Below are positions 47,026 through 57,840 of a DNA stretch of 64,000 nt, piece by piece. The notes under the pieces are model-generated. The model was not told the DNA's origin. It saw only the letters and a program-made list of their open reading frames with translations, and searched no databases. The DNA comes from Campylobacterales bacterium. Lineage in GTDB: Bacteria; Campylobacterota; Campylobacteria; Campylobacterales; Sulfurimonadaceae. The first letter of the stretch is position 1. The number at the start of each line of letters is the position of its first letter. The position numbers and the translations under genes are program-made. The stretch covers positions 17,046-81,045 of the forward strand of contig JACUTT010000002.1 of assembly GCA_014859655.1 (NCBI GenBank), given 5' to 3'.

Positions 47026-48192
47026 ATGCCGCATATTCAAATAAAAGACTTCCGCGAAGTCGCTTTTCCCTGTGTTCACGATGGGGTAGAGTTCGACTTT
47101 ATCGCCTCCAACGTCAAGTTTCCCGATGACAAACTGATCTGCGCAAAGAGCGAAGAGAAGACCTTCCTTCTACAGCTCAAACACACGCAAGAGAAGTGGC
47201 TTTTGAAAAGTGACAAGGTCACGCGGGTATCGCCAAATCTGCACATCAAAAGAGCCATCCAAGCCTATGCCGACAAGGCAGGACTGGAGACACTTTTCTC
47301 CAATCTCTCCGAAAAAGAGCTTCACCACAGAGATAAAGAGTCCGCTCTTAAACGGATCGACTTTTTCGCTGAAAGCTTTCCCGAGGCAAAAGAGATCTGG
47401 ATTGAAGTCGGTTTCGGAAGCGGCGTACATCTTTTGCATCAAGCCAAAGAGAATCCCGACGTGCTTTATGTTGGCATAGAGATCCACAAGGCCTCTATCG
47501 AACAGGTGCTCAAACAGATCTCCATCCAGAAGCTTGACAACGTCTTGCTGCTTGACTTTGATGCACGACTCTTTTTGGAGTTTGTTCCCTCCAATCTGGT
47601 CGGCCGCATCTTTGTGCACTTCCCTGTTCCCTGGGACAAGAAGCCCCACCGCCGTGTCATCTCAAAGGCCTTTATCTCCGAGTCTATCCGCTGTTTGAAA
47701 AAAGAGGGGACCCTGGAGCTCCGCACAGACAGCGAAAACTATTTTGCTTACGCCCTAGAGACCTTTTTGGCCCTTACGCAGAGTGATTTTCGAGTGCGCA
47801 AGAACCAAGACATCGGCATCATCAGCAAGTATGAGACCCGCTGGCGAGGTATGGAAAAGAATATCTATGATATCACGCTTACCAATCACGAGCTCTCGCT
47901 CCCGATCGAAAACAGCTTTGACTTTTCACTTACAGGAAAGTGCACGGCGGATCTGCTCAAACTCAACGGAAGCACCCACCGTTTTGAGAACGGCTTTGTT
48001 CATTTTGAACGCCTCTACACAATGAACACGGGAGATTATCTTTTGCGTCTCTCTATGGGCTCTTTTGACAAACCGGAGCACCTCTTCCTTATCATCAAAG
48101 AAGACGAAGCGCTCTATTTTCCAAGCCAGCCTATAGCCTCACACACGAACTTTCAGTCGCACCTCAAACTCAAAGCGCTCCTGTATGGATAA
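47026..48192 (+). CDS. trmB: tRNA (guanine-N7)-methyltransferase with N-terminal extension
   Basis: IEVGFGSGVHLL...GIEIH...FPVPWDKKPHRRV are TrmB motifs in the middle of a 388 aa protein. Confidence 0.85.
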   Translation: MPHIQIKDFREVAFPCVHDGVEFDFIASNVKFPDDKLICAKSEEKTFLLQLKHTQEKWLLKSDKVTRVSPNLHIKRAIQAYADKAGLETLFSNLSEKELHHRDKESALKRIDFFAESFPEAKEIWIEVGFGSGVHLLHQAKENPDVLYVGIEIHKASIEQVLKQISIQKLDNVLLLDFDARLFLEFVPSNLVGRIFVHFPVPWDKKPHRRVISKAFISESIRCLKKEGTLELRTDSENYFAYALETFLALTQSDFRVRKNQDIGIISKYETRWRGMEKNIYDITLTNHELSLPIENSFDFSLTGKCTADLLKLNGSTHRFENGFVHFERLYTMNTGDYLLRLSMGSFDKPEHLFLIIKEDEALYFPSQPIASHTNFQSHLKLKALLYG

Positions 48193-48856
48193 GGTTATCA
48201 TCGCCAACGATCTCACTCTCTCGTACAACAACAACGAGACGATCATAAACCAGAGCAATTTCTCCATCAATTCAGGTGAGTTTGTCTTTATTACCGGGGC
48301 CAGCGGAAGCGGAAAATCAACTCTTTTGAAATCGCTCTACGGCGCTATAGCGCCCAAACAGGGTGAGCTTATCGTCGGCGGCGTCAAGATAAACGATATC
48401 AGCAGCAAAAAGCTCAATTTTCTCCGCCGCCATGTGGGAATCGTCTTTCAAGACTACAAGCTGATCAAAGAGTGGACTATCGAGAAGAATGTGATGCTGC
48501 CGCTGATCATCTCCGGCTATGCCAAAGATGTCAGCGAGATTCAGGTGCAAAAGCTTCTCACCCACGTCAAGCTTAACCACCAGATGGGAAAGTATCCCCC
48601 AGAACTCAGCGGCGGGGAACAGCAGCGCGTTGCCATGGCCAGAGCCCTGGCCCACAACCCCATCATCATCCTCGCCGATGAACCGACGGGAAATCTTGAT
48701 GACTATTCCGCGCAGGTCATCTGGAATCTTCTCGAAGGTGCCTGCACTCAGCTGAAGACGACGATCGTTGTTGTCACCCACCATATCCCCGAAACGATGA
48801 AAATCGACTACAAACATCTGCATATCGAATATGGAAGTATCTATGAAGTCTCTTAA
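48185..48856 (+). CDS. ftsE: Cell-division ABC ATPase FtsE
   Basis: Walker [10 protein letters not shown], signature LSGGEQQR, Walker B ILADEPT. Followed by an FtsX-like gene. Confidence 0.9.
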   Translation: MDKVIIANDLTLSYNNNETIINQSNFSINSGEFVFITGASGSGKSTLLKSLYGAIAPKQGELIVGGVKINDISSKKLNFLRRHVGIVFQDYKLIKEWTIEKNVMLPLIISGYAKDVSEIQVQKLLTHVKLNHQMGKYPPELSGGEQQRVAMARALAHNPIIILADEPTGNLDDYSAQVIWNLLEGACTQLKTTIVVVTHHIPETMKIDYKHLHIEYGSIYEVS

Positions 48857-49655
48857 GAACCACTTTTCACTGATCGCTGCGCTCTTTACGATCTTGTTTA
48901 CATTGCAGGTCTATCAGATCCTTGAGCGTACCATCACCGCGTATGAAGAGTCCCTGCGTGCGAACTACTCCATCGTCGTCATTGCCAACACTGAGCTCGA
49001 AGAGGCATCTTTGAAATCGCAGTTTACTCTTATTCGCTCTCTTGAAGAGGTCAGCCCGGAAAAAGTGATCAAACGTCTGGAAAAGGAGATGGACAAGACA
49101 AGTCTTGGACTTTTGCGGGCCTCTCTTCCCCGCTTTTACAGACTCTCTCTTGAACACTATCCCGAGCCGGAAGAGGTCGACATGCTCAGCTCTCAGCTTG
49201 AAAATATGAAGCAGATCAAGCGCGTGGAGAGCTTCTCAAAAACGCATGACCAGATCTACAAACTGCTTCTGCTCTATAAGGGGATCACCCAGGTATTTGC
49301 CTTTGCTATTTTTGTCGTTACCTTGCTTCTTATCATAAAAGAGATGCGGATCTGGCAGTTTCAGCACGCTGAACGGATGAACATCATGGCACTTTTTGGT
49401 GCACCCATCATGCTGCGTTCCGCCGTGCTCTTTCGTCTGGCCATCATAGATGCTCTCTGCGCTGCCGCCCTGGTTCTTGCCGCATTCGGTGTGATCATCC
49501 GTACCAGATGGGCTGAATCCTATTTTAATGAGATTAATATTCAGGTCACCCTTTTTGATTATGCCAAAGACAGCTTCTTGCATTTCGCGATTGCGCTGAG
49601 TCTTTCTGTTCTGCTCGCCCTTTTGCTGATCATCAATCATAAAGAAGAGGTGTGA
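48831..49655 (+). CDS. ftsX: FtsX-like permease
   Basis: 274 aa with a TM, a periplasmic loop and three further TMs. Overlaps ftsE. Confidence 0.75.
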   Translation: MEVSMKSLKNHFSLIAALFTILFTLQVYQILERTITAYEESLRANYSIVVIANTELEEASLKSQFTLIRSLEEVSPEKVIKRLEKEMDKTSLGLLRASLPRFYRLSLEHYPEPEEVDMLSSQLENMKQIKRVESFSKTHDQIYKLLLLYKGITQVFAFAIFVVTLLLIIKEMRIWQFQHAERMNIMALFGAPIMLRSAVLFRLAIIDALCAAALVLAAFGVIIRTRWAESYFNEINIQVTLFDYAKDSFLHFAIALSLSVLLALLLIINHKEEV

Positions 49656-50896
49656 TGCGCTTAAGTCTGCTTCTTGCTTTTTTCCTTGCCGGCATGCTTT
49701 TTGCCAAAACAAGCATTGACGCAAAGATCAAAGATACCAGCGTACAGCTTAAAAAATTTGACAAGACCTACTCCAATGTCCATAAAAACCTTGCCACTAC
49801 CGCAAAAAAGATCATCCGTCAGGAGCGCACGCTCTTAAGAGAGCAAAAAAAACTTCAGGAACTCCAGCTTGAACTCAGTCTCAAAGAGCAGCGCTATAAA
49901 GACAACACCCAAGAGCTTGCACTTCTCAAAAACTCGCAGGGCACGCTCAAGGAAAACCAGGAACAGCTTCGCCAGGATCTTGCCTTTATGCTGGCCAAAA
50001 ACGTCTCTCTCTCTTTGATCCTCGATGATGAAAAGGCCAAAGATGACGAGGGACTTATCACCGAAGAGGTCTTTGAGTCACTCTCGCAGATCACCCAGAC
50101 CAATATCTCTGCCTTGCAAAACGACTTCTCCTCAAACTCAAAAAAAATAGAAGCGATACAGGGAAAGATCAATGCGCTCAAAGAGGCGATAGAACAGATC
50201 GATGCCAAGCGCAAAGAGGTACTGAGCATTACCCAAAAAGAGAAAGACAATCTTTTAAAACTACAAAAGCAGAAGAATGAATACCGGACTTCCGTCAAGC
50301 AGCTTCTAAAGCAGCAAAACAGTCTAAAGAGTGAACTCACCAAACTCAGTATTATCAAAGAAGATGAAAAAGCAAAACGCATTGCGCTGGAAAATGAAAA
50401 GGCACGCCAGGCCAAGATGGAGAGAGAAAAGAGCACTTCGCCGACATCACAGGCTTCTATGCCAAAGATAAAATCCCGCACGGATGCCTATCACACCGCG
50501 AAGACAAAGACATACCGCGGTAAAAAGACGATCTCTCCTCTGGACGGCTATAGCGTTATCAAACGATTCGGCCCCTACGAAGATCCCATCTATCATATCA
50601 AAATCTTTAACGAGTCCGTCTCCTTAAGACCCAATGCTCCCGATGCTAAGGTCAAGAATGTCCTCAACGGAAAGGTCATCCTGGCCAAAGAGACCTCGAT
50701 GCTCAGCAATATCGTCATTATCGAACATGACGATGGCATACATACGATCTATGCCCATCTGGACAAGATCGCACCGACCATCAAAAAAGGCGTACGTCTT
50801 AAACGCGGCTCTATCATCGGCCGTGTCAATAATGAGCTGATGTTTGAAGTCACGCAGAGCAACTACCATATCGATCCCTTGCAGCTGATCGATTGA
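49652..50896 (+). CDS. EnvC-like coiled-coil protein with degenerate LytM (M23) domain
   Basis: Signal peptide, about 250 aa of coiled coil, and a C-terminal M23 fold. The HxxxD and HxH metal motifs appear replaced (IFNESVSL..., ...ELMFEV). Confidence 0.75.
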   Translation: MMRLSLLLAFFLAGMLFAKTSIDAKIKDTSVQLKKFDKTYSNVHKNLATTAKKIIRQERTLLREQKKLQELQLELSLKEQRYKDNTQELALLKNSQGTLKENQEQLRQDLAFMLAKNVSLSLILDDEKAKDDEGLITEEVFESLSQITQTNISALQNDFSSNSKKIEAIQGKINALKEAIEQIDAKRKEVLSITQKEKDNLLKLQKQKNEYRTSVKQLLKQQNSLKSELTKLSIIKEDEKAKRIALENEKARQAKMEREKSTSPTSQASMPKIKSRTDAYHTAKTKTYRGKKTISPLDGYSVIKRFGPYEDPIYHIKIFNESVSLRPNAPDAKVKNVLNGKVILAKETSMLSNIVIIEHDDGIHTIYAHLDKIAPTIKKGVRLKRGSIIGRVNNELMFEVTQSNYHIDPLQLID

Positions 50897-50908
50897 TCTG
50901 TAGGTGCT

Positions 50909-52243
50909 CTATATCTTGATGTTTTTCCATCTTCCCTGCGCGAAGACATACCAAAATATTCCTCCCTTGACAAAGGTCTCCGTTATCATCACAAGGTAGA
51001 TCCAGAAGATATCCTCCGTTATCGCGCTGATGAACAGCGAAGGCATCACGCGAAGGAAGATCAAGGAGCCGACATTAATCAACAAGGTCGTTTTGGTAGC
51101 CCCTGCGCCTCGAAGCGCCCCGCTTAACACAAAGGTCACCGCCAAAGGGACCTGTGAGAGTCCGACCAGTCGAAGATAGAGTGAGGCCAGCTCTATCGTC
51201 TTTTCATCCTGGCTGAAGAACTGGGCAAAAAATTCCGGAAAAAAAACCAAAAATACGCCGACAATGCCCATGAAGAGCGCCGCGATCTTTGTGATCGTTA
51301 TTGTGTCGTTGTGCGCGGCCGTGCTGTTTTTTGCACCCAGACTCTGCCCCACCAGCGCCATAGCTGCGATCGAAAATCCAAATCCCGGCATAAAGGCCAG
51401 TCCCTCTATGCGAAGCCCCACCTGATATCCCGCCAGTGCCTCCGTGCCGTATTTGGAAATCACCATGACAAAGACCATGAAGGCTGAGACGGTGATAAGA
51501 CGTTCCAGGCTTGCCGGAAGTCCGACCTTAAAAACGCTTTTGAGACTCGAAAGAGAGAAATAGAGATAAAAGCGCAGAACACTGGAGTCCCGGCTGATCA
51601 GCAGGGCATATATCCCGACATTGAAGGCATAGGAGATGACCGTAGCAATCGCTGCGCCCTGAACACCCATCGCATCAAAACCGAAATGGCCGAAGATAAG
51701 CGCATAGTTAAGTAGAATATTTACTCCCGCTGAGGCGATTTTGATATACAAAGAGGCCTGTGTTTTTCCCGCTGCGCTCAGGACATTGAAAAAGAGCGCA
51801 TCCAAAAATATAAAGGGCATTCCCCAGGAGAGTGTCCCGAAGTAGCTCTCTCCCAGCCTCGCCACCTCTTTCCCAGTACCCATCCAGAGGTAAAACTGCT
51901 CAGACCAGGCATAACCGACAAGAAGAGCAAAAACAGAGAGGAGCATCGCCAGGATAAAAAGATTGAAAAAGACGATATTGGCCCGGTGAAAACGGCGCGA
52001 ACCGATATGGCGCGCTATCACGGCATTGCCGCCGACGACATAGAGCGTCATGATGACATTCAAGACCATAAGAAACTGCAGGCCCAAGCCGACAGCCGCC
52101 AGAGCAGCGACGCCCAAAGAGCCGATCATAATAAGATCGATCAGCACCTGTAGCATGTCAAGAAGATGTTTGAAGGCTGCGGGAATGGAGATGGAGAGTA
52201 TTTTTATGAGGGAACTTCTACTTTTTGAAGTAGGCATTGACAT
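50909..52243 (-). CDS. MATE-family efflux transporter
   Basis: 444 aa, 12 TM, with a typical MATE N-terminus (ILSISIPAAFKHLLDML). Confidence 0.85.
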   Translation of the reverse strand: MSMPTSKSRSSLIKILSISIPAAFKHLLDMLQVLIDLIMIGSLGVAALAAVGLGLQFLMVLNVIMTLYVVGGNAVIARHIGSRRFHRANIVFFNLFILAMLLSVFALLVGYAWSEQFYLWMGTGKEVARLGESYFGTLSWGMPFIFLDALFFNVLSAAGKTQASLYIKIASAGVNILLNYALIFGHFGFDAMGVQGAAIATVISYAFNVGIYALLISRDSSVLRFYLYFSLSSLKSVFKVGLPASLERLITVSAFMVFVMVISKYGTEALAGYQVGLRIEGLAFMPGFGFSIAAMALVGQSLGAKNSTAAHNDTITITKIAALFMGIVGVFLVFFPEFFAQFFSQDEKTIELASLYLRLVGLSQVPLAVTFVLSGALRGAGATKTTLLINVGSLIFLRVMPSLFISAITEDIFWIYLVMITETFVKGGIFWYVFAQGRWKNIKI

Positions 52244-52511
52244 CCTGCATCACCGCAAAAAGCTCATCCTTGCTTTCGCACTTCAGCTCTTTTCGGTTGA
52301 GCGGCGTCTCTCCCAGCGGGTCAAAGTCAAAGACCAGGACATAGTAGAGTATCGTGATCTTGTCACTCTTAAGATCTGCCCACTCCAAAGAGACTTGCGC
52401 GCTTTCGCCACCGGGCACTTTGACCGTTGCCGCAGGATAAAGACGCGTTATCCGGTTTAGGTCATATGTTTCATTTTTATATTCGTAAATCATGGCGGCA
52501 TTATAGCGCAA
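52218..52511 (-). CDS. Hypothetical small protein
   Basis: 91-97 aa ORF between pcm and the MATE gene (start TTG 52511 or ATG 52493). No family recognised. Confidence 0.45.
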   Translation of the reverse strand: MRYNAAMIYEYKNETYDLNRITRLYPAATVKVPGGESAQVSLEWADLKSDKITILYYVLVFDFDPLGETPLNRKELKCESKDELFAVMQDVNAYFKK

Positions 52512-52514
52512 TTT

Positions 52515-53120
52515 CTACTTCTCTTCTCGTACCAGAGGAACAAAAACAAAGCCGGGGTACTCCTGTGTCTGCAAAGATCCGTCGCTTTTTTTCTGCACGT
52601 TGAGAATGCTGTTTTGAACAGGAATGACCATAATACCGCCGGGGCTGAGCTGTTCAAGAAGCTCCAGGGGAACCTCATCCGCCGCGCAGGAGACCAGTAT
52701 CTTGTCGAAGTGCTCTCCCTTAAGTCCTAGTTCCACCTGGGCCTGATGCAAAGTGATGTTCTCAAAATCATATTTGGCAAGATTTTTTCGTGAAAACGAG
52801 AGCAGCTCTTCAATACGCTCAACCCCGTCTACATGCCGGCTTACCGAGGCAAGCAAGGCCGTAGTCCATCCCGATCCCGAGCCCAGGTCAAGTACCCGGT
52901 CCCCAAGATTTGGCTGCAGGAGTTCAAGCATGAAGGCGACGGTATAAGGCTGAGAGATCGTCTGAAACGACCCGATGGGCAAGGGAATGTCTTCATAGGC
53001 CATGGCTTTGAGTTCATGAGGCACAAAGTCTGCCCGGTCAATCGTCTCAAAGGCCTCGATCAAGGCCGGACTCTTCAGCACACCGCGCTGTATCAGCGAC
53101 GCAATCAGTTTCAAAGCCCT
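52515..53120 (-). CDS. pcm: Protein-L-isoaspartate O-methyltransferase
   Basis: I prefer the start at MRALKLIASLI (53120). TISQPY and VLDLGSGSGW motifs. The track start at 53198 overlaps the upstream permease gene. Confidence 0.9.
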   Translation of the reverse strand, partial: RALKLIASLIQRGVLKSPALIEAFETIDRADFVPHELKAMAYEDIPLPIGSFQTISQPYTVAFMLELLQPNLGDRVLDLGSGSGWTTALLASVSRHVDGVERIEELLSFSRKNLAKYDFENITLHQAQVELGLKGEHFDKILVSCAADEVPLELLEQLSPGGIMVIPVQNSILNVQKKSDGSLQTQEYPGFVFVPLVREEK

Positions 53121-53125
53121 CATCT

Positions 53126-54352
53126 TTACCCCTTGTCTAAAAATAGCTGTCCTGCTATCAGGATCAGGTTCAGCACAAGAGCGCACCAGGGGATCCACAG
53201 AGGAATATCGATGACCCCCTTGGGCGAGGGAGAGAGATATTTTATCCGTATCAGCGAAACATTGACCAGGGCAAAGACGATCAGTATCAGCATGCTGGTA
53301 TATGAGGCCAGTGAGAGAAGATCAAAGAGAAGCGCAAAGAAAATGACCACCGCTACTGCAAAGATCGTTGAGACATAGGGTGTTTGCGTGCGTTGCAGAA
53401 GACGCGAAAACACAGAAGGGAGCCACCCCTTTGCCGCCATGCCGTAAAGCATTCGCGAGGCCATAATGATCTGGATCAGCGCGCCATTGACAACGGCAAG
53501 GGCTGCGATGAGCGAAACAAGCAGCGGATCCTTGCCTGTGAGCTCTCTGTAGAGATCGTTAAAAGGAGCCTGCGAATTTTGCAGCTCTTCCAGACTCAAG
53601 GTCTCCAGGGCGATGATGAGCACAAGAATATAAAGCAACGTCGAGATCGCTACAGCAAGAAGGATCGCTATCGGAAAGGTTTTGGCAGGTTCCTTGACCT
53701 CTTCGGCAATAGTGACCATATCTTCAAAACCGAGATAGGCGTAAAATGCCAAAAAAGCCCCCAGCAGGATCACCGAGAAGTCAAAAAAACGCCACTGCGG
53801 GACAAAGGCGGCAAAGCCGATCGTAGGATTGACTATCCTGTCAAAACCGCTGTAGATGATAAGAAGCAGTCCGAATATCCCGACAAGGGTAAGCGCTGAG
53901 GCCACAAGGGCACTTATGTGGATACCCCTGATCGCTATAGCGCCTAAGACAAGGCTCAGCAGGACAATAGCCGTCTCATTGCCGATAGGTACGATCTGGT
54001 TCACGTAGCCTGCAAAGCCGTGTGTGATCGTTGCCGCAGAGATCAGCGCGGCAGAAGCCATCAAGAGGCCGAAGCCTACAGAAAGAGGTCTGAAACCTAT
54101 CCCCTCGTCTATGTAGAGCGCTGCACCCGCACTGAAGGGATAGCGCGAGGCAAGCTCCGTATAGCTCAATGCGGTAAAGAGTGCGATAACACAGGCCAGC
54201 AAAAAGGCAAAGACGCTAAGATAACCTGCTATGCCGGCAACCTTGCCTATCAGCACATAAATGCCGGCACCGAGGATGTTTCCCAGGCCGTAAAAAAGAA
54301 GCAGGCCAAGGCCAACTTCGCGCGAAAGTTTAAGCTTTTTCATGGCTTTCAT
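53126..54352 (-). CDS. APC-family amino acid permease
   Basis: 408 aa polytopic protein. GLGNILGAGIYVLIG is a typical APC N-terminal motif. Confidence 0.85.
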   Translation of the reverse strand: MKAMKKLKLSREVGLGLLLFYGLGNILGAGIYVLIGKVAGIAGYLSVFAFLLACVIALFTALSYTELASRYPFSAGAALYIDEGIGFRPLSVGFGLLMASAALISAATITHGFAGYVNQIVPIGNETAIVLLSLVLGAIAIRGIHISALVASALTLVGIFGLLLIIYSGFDRIVNPTIGFAAFVPQWRFFDFSVILLGAFLAFYAYLGFEDMVTIAEEVKEPAKTFPIAILLAVAISTLLYILVLIIALETLSLEELQNSQAPFNDLYRELTGKDPLLVSLIAALAVVNGALIQIIMASRMLYGMAAKGWLPSVFSRLLQRTQTPYVSTIFAVAVVIFFALLFDLLSLASYTSMLILIVFALVNVSLIRIKYLSPSPKGVIDIPLWIPWCALVLNLILIAGQLFLDKG

Positions 54353-54593
54353 CTGTATTGAGGCTTTTGCGCATCTTGCCTGAGCGCATTTTTAAAAAAG
54401 CCAGAAATCCCAGGAACATTCCGCTGCTGATAAAAAGAGCGCCGAGGAGGTCGTCTTTTTGCCAGGCCATGATGACCCAGCAAATATCCGCAAAAAGATA
54501 AACGACAATAGCGCGAAAAGCCCACCCTTTGAACATAAAAAAGGCGCCGAGGTTAAGCAGTATGCCGCCAACAATTGCCAAACTGAACATCAT
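54330..54593 (-). CDS. Small hypothetical membrane protein (3 TM)
   Basis: 87 aa hydrophobic ORF that overlaps both neighbouring transporter genes (4 nt and 23 nt). Confidence 0.45.
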   Translation of the reverse strand: MMFSLAIVGGILLNLGAFFMFKGWAFRAIVVYLFADICWVIMAWQKDDLLGALFISSGMFLGFLAFLKMRSGKMRKSLNTDESHEKA

Positions 54594-55783
54594 ATCTCCT
54601 TGTAAACTCTTCTAACCCAGACGCTATAAAACATCGCGAGAATAAATACTCCGCCCAGTGCACACAGAACCTCTGCAATGCTCCACCCCGCTTCGATCAG
54701 AAGACCCACAAGAAGCGAGCTCAATGCCCCGGTTAAAAGAAAAATCATATCATTATAGGCGATTACCCTGCCATAATACTCTCTGTCGGTATGTTTTTGG
54801 ATTAAAGTATAACTAAATGACCACAGGGTAGTTGTCGCAAAACCTGTCACAAACGAGCCCAACAAAGAGAGGTAAAAGTCCTCCACAACAGCCGCCCAGA
54901 AGATAATCGCCACACCTTGGATCAAAAAGAGATAGATCAGGCGCGAACTGTTTATCCATTTGCCCAGGAGCATAGGACCGATGACAAGAGCACTTGCGCG
55001 GATGGCGTGGATGATACCCAAGGCAAGAGGAACGGCCAGAAATGAGGCATAATATTCCTTTGCCATCAAGGCGACCAGGGCGTCAAACACAGTAAAGCCG
55101 ACCGTCGCATGGATAATGATAAGGTGGATGATCTTTTTGTGCGTTTTGAGGTATTTCAACCCCTCCTTAAAGCTAAGAAAAAAACTCTCTTTTGATTTAT
55201 CAAAAGTGATCTCAATATGAAGACGCAAGAGCATAAAGAATGCAAACACAAACAGGAGTCCATCGATAACAAAGGCGATCTTCACCCCGAGTTTGTAGAC
55301 GATAAAGCCGCTCACTGCCATCCCCAGCGTATAAGAGAATGACCAGATGATAGAGTGGATCTCGTTGGCATACTGCAAAGACCTCCCGTGCAAGATCTTA
55401 GGCAGCAAAGACATCTCCAGCGTAAAATAAAAACTTGCCGCACCCATACGGATAAAGATCAAAACAAACAGGAGCCACAACCACTGCGACGATGTGACCA
55501 GCAGTAGCGAAAAGGTACAGACTATTTCTATAAGCAATAAGAAAAGCATCAGCTTCTTAGGTTCGATCTTGTCTATAAAAACGCCTGAAACAGGGGCCTG
55601 AAGCACTCCGGGAAGAAAGTGAAAAGAGGCCACGGCTGCAATAACAAAGGCCGACACATCCATCTGCACCAGCAGCGTGTAGATAGCGACATTGGAAAAC
55701 CAGGCACCAAAATAGGCGATGAGCTGAACAAGGCTCAATCGGCGTAAAACTTTTTCATTTTTCAAGAGGTCTATGTAGTGTCG
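54590..55783 (-). CDS. MFS transporter
   Basis: About 397 aa, 12 TM. I prefer the start at MRHYIDLL (55783). Confidence 0.8.
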   Translation of the reverse strand, partial: RHYIDLLKNEKVLRRLSLVQLIAYFGAWFSNVAIYTLLVQMDVSAFVIAAVASFHFLPGVLQAPVSGVFIDKIEPKKLMLFLLLIEIVCTFSLLLVTSSQWLWLLFVLIFIRMGAASFYFTLEMSLLPKILHGRSLQYANEIHSIIWSFSYTLGMAVSGFIVYKLGVKIAFVIDGLLFVFAFFMLLRLHIEITFDKSKESFFLSFKEGLKYLKTHKKIIHLIIIHATVGFTVFDALVALMAKEYYASFLAVPLALGIIHAIRASALVIGPMLLGKWINSSRLIYLFLIQGVAIIFWAAVVEDFYLSLLGSFVTGFATTTLWSFSYTLIQKHTDREYYGRVIAYNDMIFLLTGALSSLLVGLLIEAGWSIAEVLCALGGVFILAMFYSVWVRRVYKEI

Positions 55784-55919
55784 CATGCAAGGCCTGAAAG
55801 TTTTTCGTAAGTGTAGCATGGAAGATTTAATGCTACACATGTTACATATTCTAAGCTTCATATAAATATTATTTCAGTCTTGCCGATTTATTCTCACTAT
55901 TTAATTGAAAGGCTTAACT

Positions 55920-56291
55920 ATGGAAATTTTTAATAGCACTGCTAAACAGCAAAATATGCAGATTCAAGCAGAGCAAGTCACTGTGTCCAAACAGCAGAGT
56001 GTACAAGAGGTGAAACCTCAGACTGAGCTCAAAGAGCAAAAGGCTGAGGCTCAAAAACCTGCGACTACAGAAACAGAAGCGCGGGAATTGATCGATTCGC
56101 TCAACAAGGCACTCAACCCCTTTAATACCTCATTGCGTTTTGGGTTTGACAACAGTAGCGATGTTTTTTATGTTTCGGTGATCGACACCAACACATCCGA
56201 TACGATTCGCCGTTTTCCGCTTGAACAGGCCTCTGCCCTGACCGCCAAGATGAACGAAGTCATTGGTATTATTTTCGACGAAAAAGGCTAA
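55920..56291 (+). CDS. flaG: Flagellar protein FlaG
   Basis: The C-terminus LRFGFDNSSDVFYVSVIDTNTSDTIRRFP is a typical FlaG domain. Start at MEIFN. Confidence 0.8.
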   Translation: MEIFNSTAKQQNMQIQAEQVTVSKQQSVQEVKPQTELKEQKAEAQKPATTETEARELIDSLNKALNPFNTSLRFGFDNSSDVFYVSVIDTNTSDTIRRFPLEQASALTAKMNEVIGIIFDEKG

Positions 56292-56478
56292 GCGAAGACA
56301 TATACGATAAAGAGAGTACGCCTTGCATTGCCTTTAAAATTCGGCTTTGCTTAACTCTGCTACTGCTATCTCTCTTTTGTTCCTAAGTTCACCTCTTTAC
56401 AAACGATTGATTCAACTATTTATCATCTTCTTTTAGCTAGAATCGCGCCCATACTATAAGCTCTTATAAAGGGAACCG

Positions 56479-57693
56479 ATGAAAAAAGAAGTTAAAAAAG
56501 TTGTACTTGCCTACTCGGGCGGTTTGGATACAAGTGTTATTCTTAAATGGCTGCAAGATGAATACAAGTGCGAGGTCGTTACCTTTACTGCTGATCTAGG
56601 TCAGGGCGAAGAGGTTGAACCTGCCCGCGTCAAGGCGCTTGCTTTGGGGATCAAACCTGAAAATATCTTCATAGATGATCTTCGTGAAGAGTTCGTCAAA
56701 GATTACGTCTTCCCAATGTTCCGTGCCAACACGATCTATGAGGGTGAATACCTTCTTGGCACCTCTATCGCGCGTCCGCTTATCGCAAAACGCCAGGCTG
56801 AGATCGCGAAGATCACGGGTGCCGACGGTGTAAGTCACGGAGCAACCGGAAAAGGAAACGACCAGGTCCGTTTCGAGATGGGATACCTGGGCCAGGATGC
56901 CACATTGACCATCATCGCGCCATGGCGAGAGTGGGACCTTAACTCACGCGAAAAGCTCCTTGCCTACGCCGAGACACACGGTATCCAGATCGAGAAAAAA
57001 GGGAAGAAGTCGCCCTACTCCATGGATGCAAACCTTCTTCACATCTCCTATGAGGGCGGAATTTTGGAAGACCCCAGTGCAGAGCCCGAAGAGAGCATGT
57101 GGCTGTGGTCAAACTCTCCCGAGAATGCACCTGACGAAGCGGAGTATCTCGAGATCGGCTACAAGCACGGCGATCCCGTTTCGCTTAACGGCACAGAACT
57201 CTCTCCTGCGACGATTTTGAAAACACTTAATGAGCTTGGAGGAAAGCATGGTATCGGTCGTGTTGACATCGTGGAAAACCGTTTCGTCGGCATGAAGGCC
57301 CGCGGCTGCTATGAGACACCCGGCGGAACCATCATGCTAAAGGCGCACCGTGCAATCGAGTCTATCACCCTTGACCGCGAGGCAACCCACCTTAAAGACG
57401 AAATGATGCCGCGCTATGCAAAACTTATCTACAACGGTTTCTGGTTTACGCCGGAGCGCGAGATGCTTCAAGCCGCCATCGACAAGACACAAGAGTATGT
57501 CAACGGCTCTGTCCGCGTCAAACTCTACAAGGGAAATGTCATCGTCGTCGGACGTTCATCTGAAGACTCGCTTTTCAACCCCGAATATTCTACCTTTGAA
57601 GAGGATGAAGTCTACAATCAAAAAGATGCAGAAGGCTTTATCAAACTCAATGCACTTCGACTGATCATCGCCGGCAAGGCACGAAAAAGGTAG
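56479..57693 (+). CDS. argG: Argininosuccinate synthase
   Basis: AYSGGLDTS and [13 protein letters not shown] motifs, 404 aa. Confidence 0.95.
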   Translation: MKKEVKKVVLAYSGGLDTSVILKWLQDEYKCEVVTFTADLGQGEEVEPARVKALALGIKPENIFIDDLREEFVKDYVFPMFRANTIYEGEYLLGTSIARPLIAKRQAEIAKITGADGVSHGATGKGNDQVRFEMGYLGQDATLTIIAPWREWDLNSREKLLAYAETHGIQIEKKGKKSPYSMDANLLHISYEGGILEDPSAEPEESMWLWSNSPENAPDEAEYLEIGYKHGDPVSLNGTELSPATILKTLNELGGKHGIGRVDIVENRFVGMKARGCYETPGGTIMLKAHRAIESITLDREATHLKDEMMPRYAKLIYNGFWFTPEREMLQAAIDKTQEYVNGSVRVKLYKGNVIVVGRSSEDSLFNPEYSTFEEDEVYNQKDAEGFIKLNALRLIIAGKARKR

Positions 57694-57840
57694 AGTATAC
57701 AGTCCGCCTCAGGCAGATAGCCTGAGTTATGATCGTGTTGTTTAAAACAAGCTAAGCTCTACCGCTCTCATCTGCGATCATAAAATTTGTTTAACTGTTT
57801 CTTTGTAAGATTATAAAAATCATTAATAAAGGTCTGCCTT

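Noticed and set aside
49894-50481. 195 aa Ser/Phe-rich minus-strand ORF
   Set aside because: It is antisense to the Lys/Glu/Gln-rich coiled-coil region of the EnvC-like gene, so it is a compositional mirror artefact.
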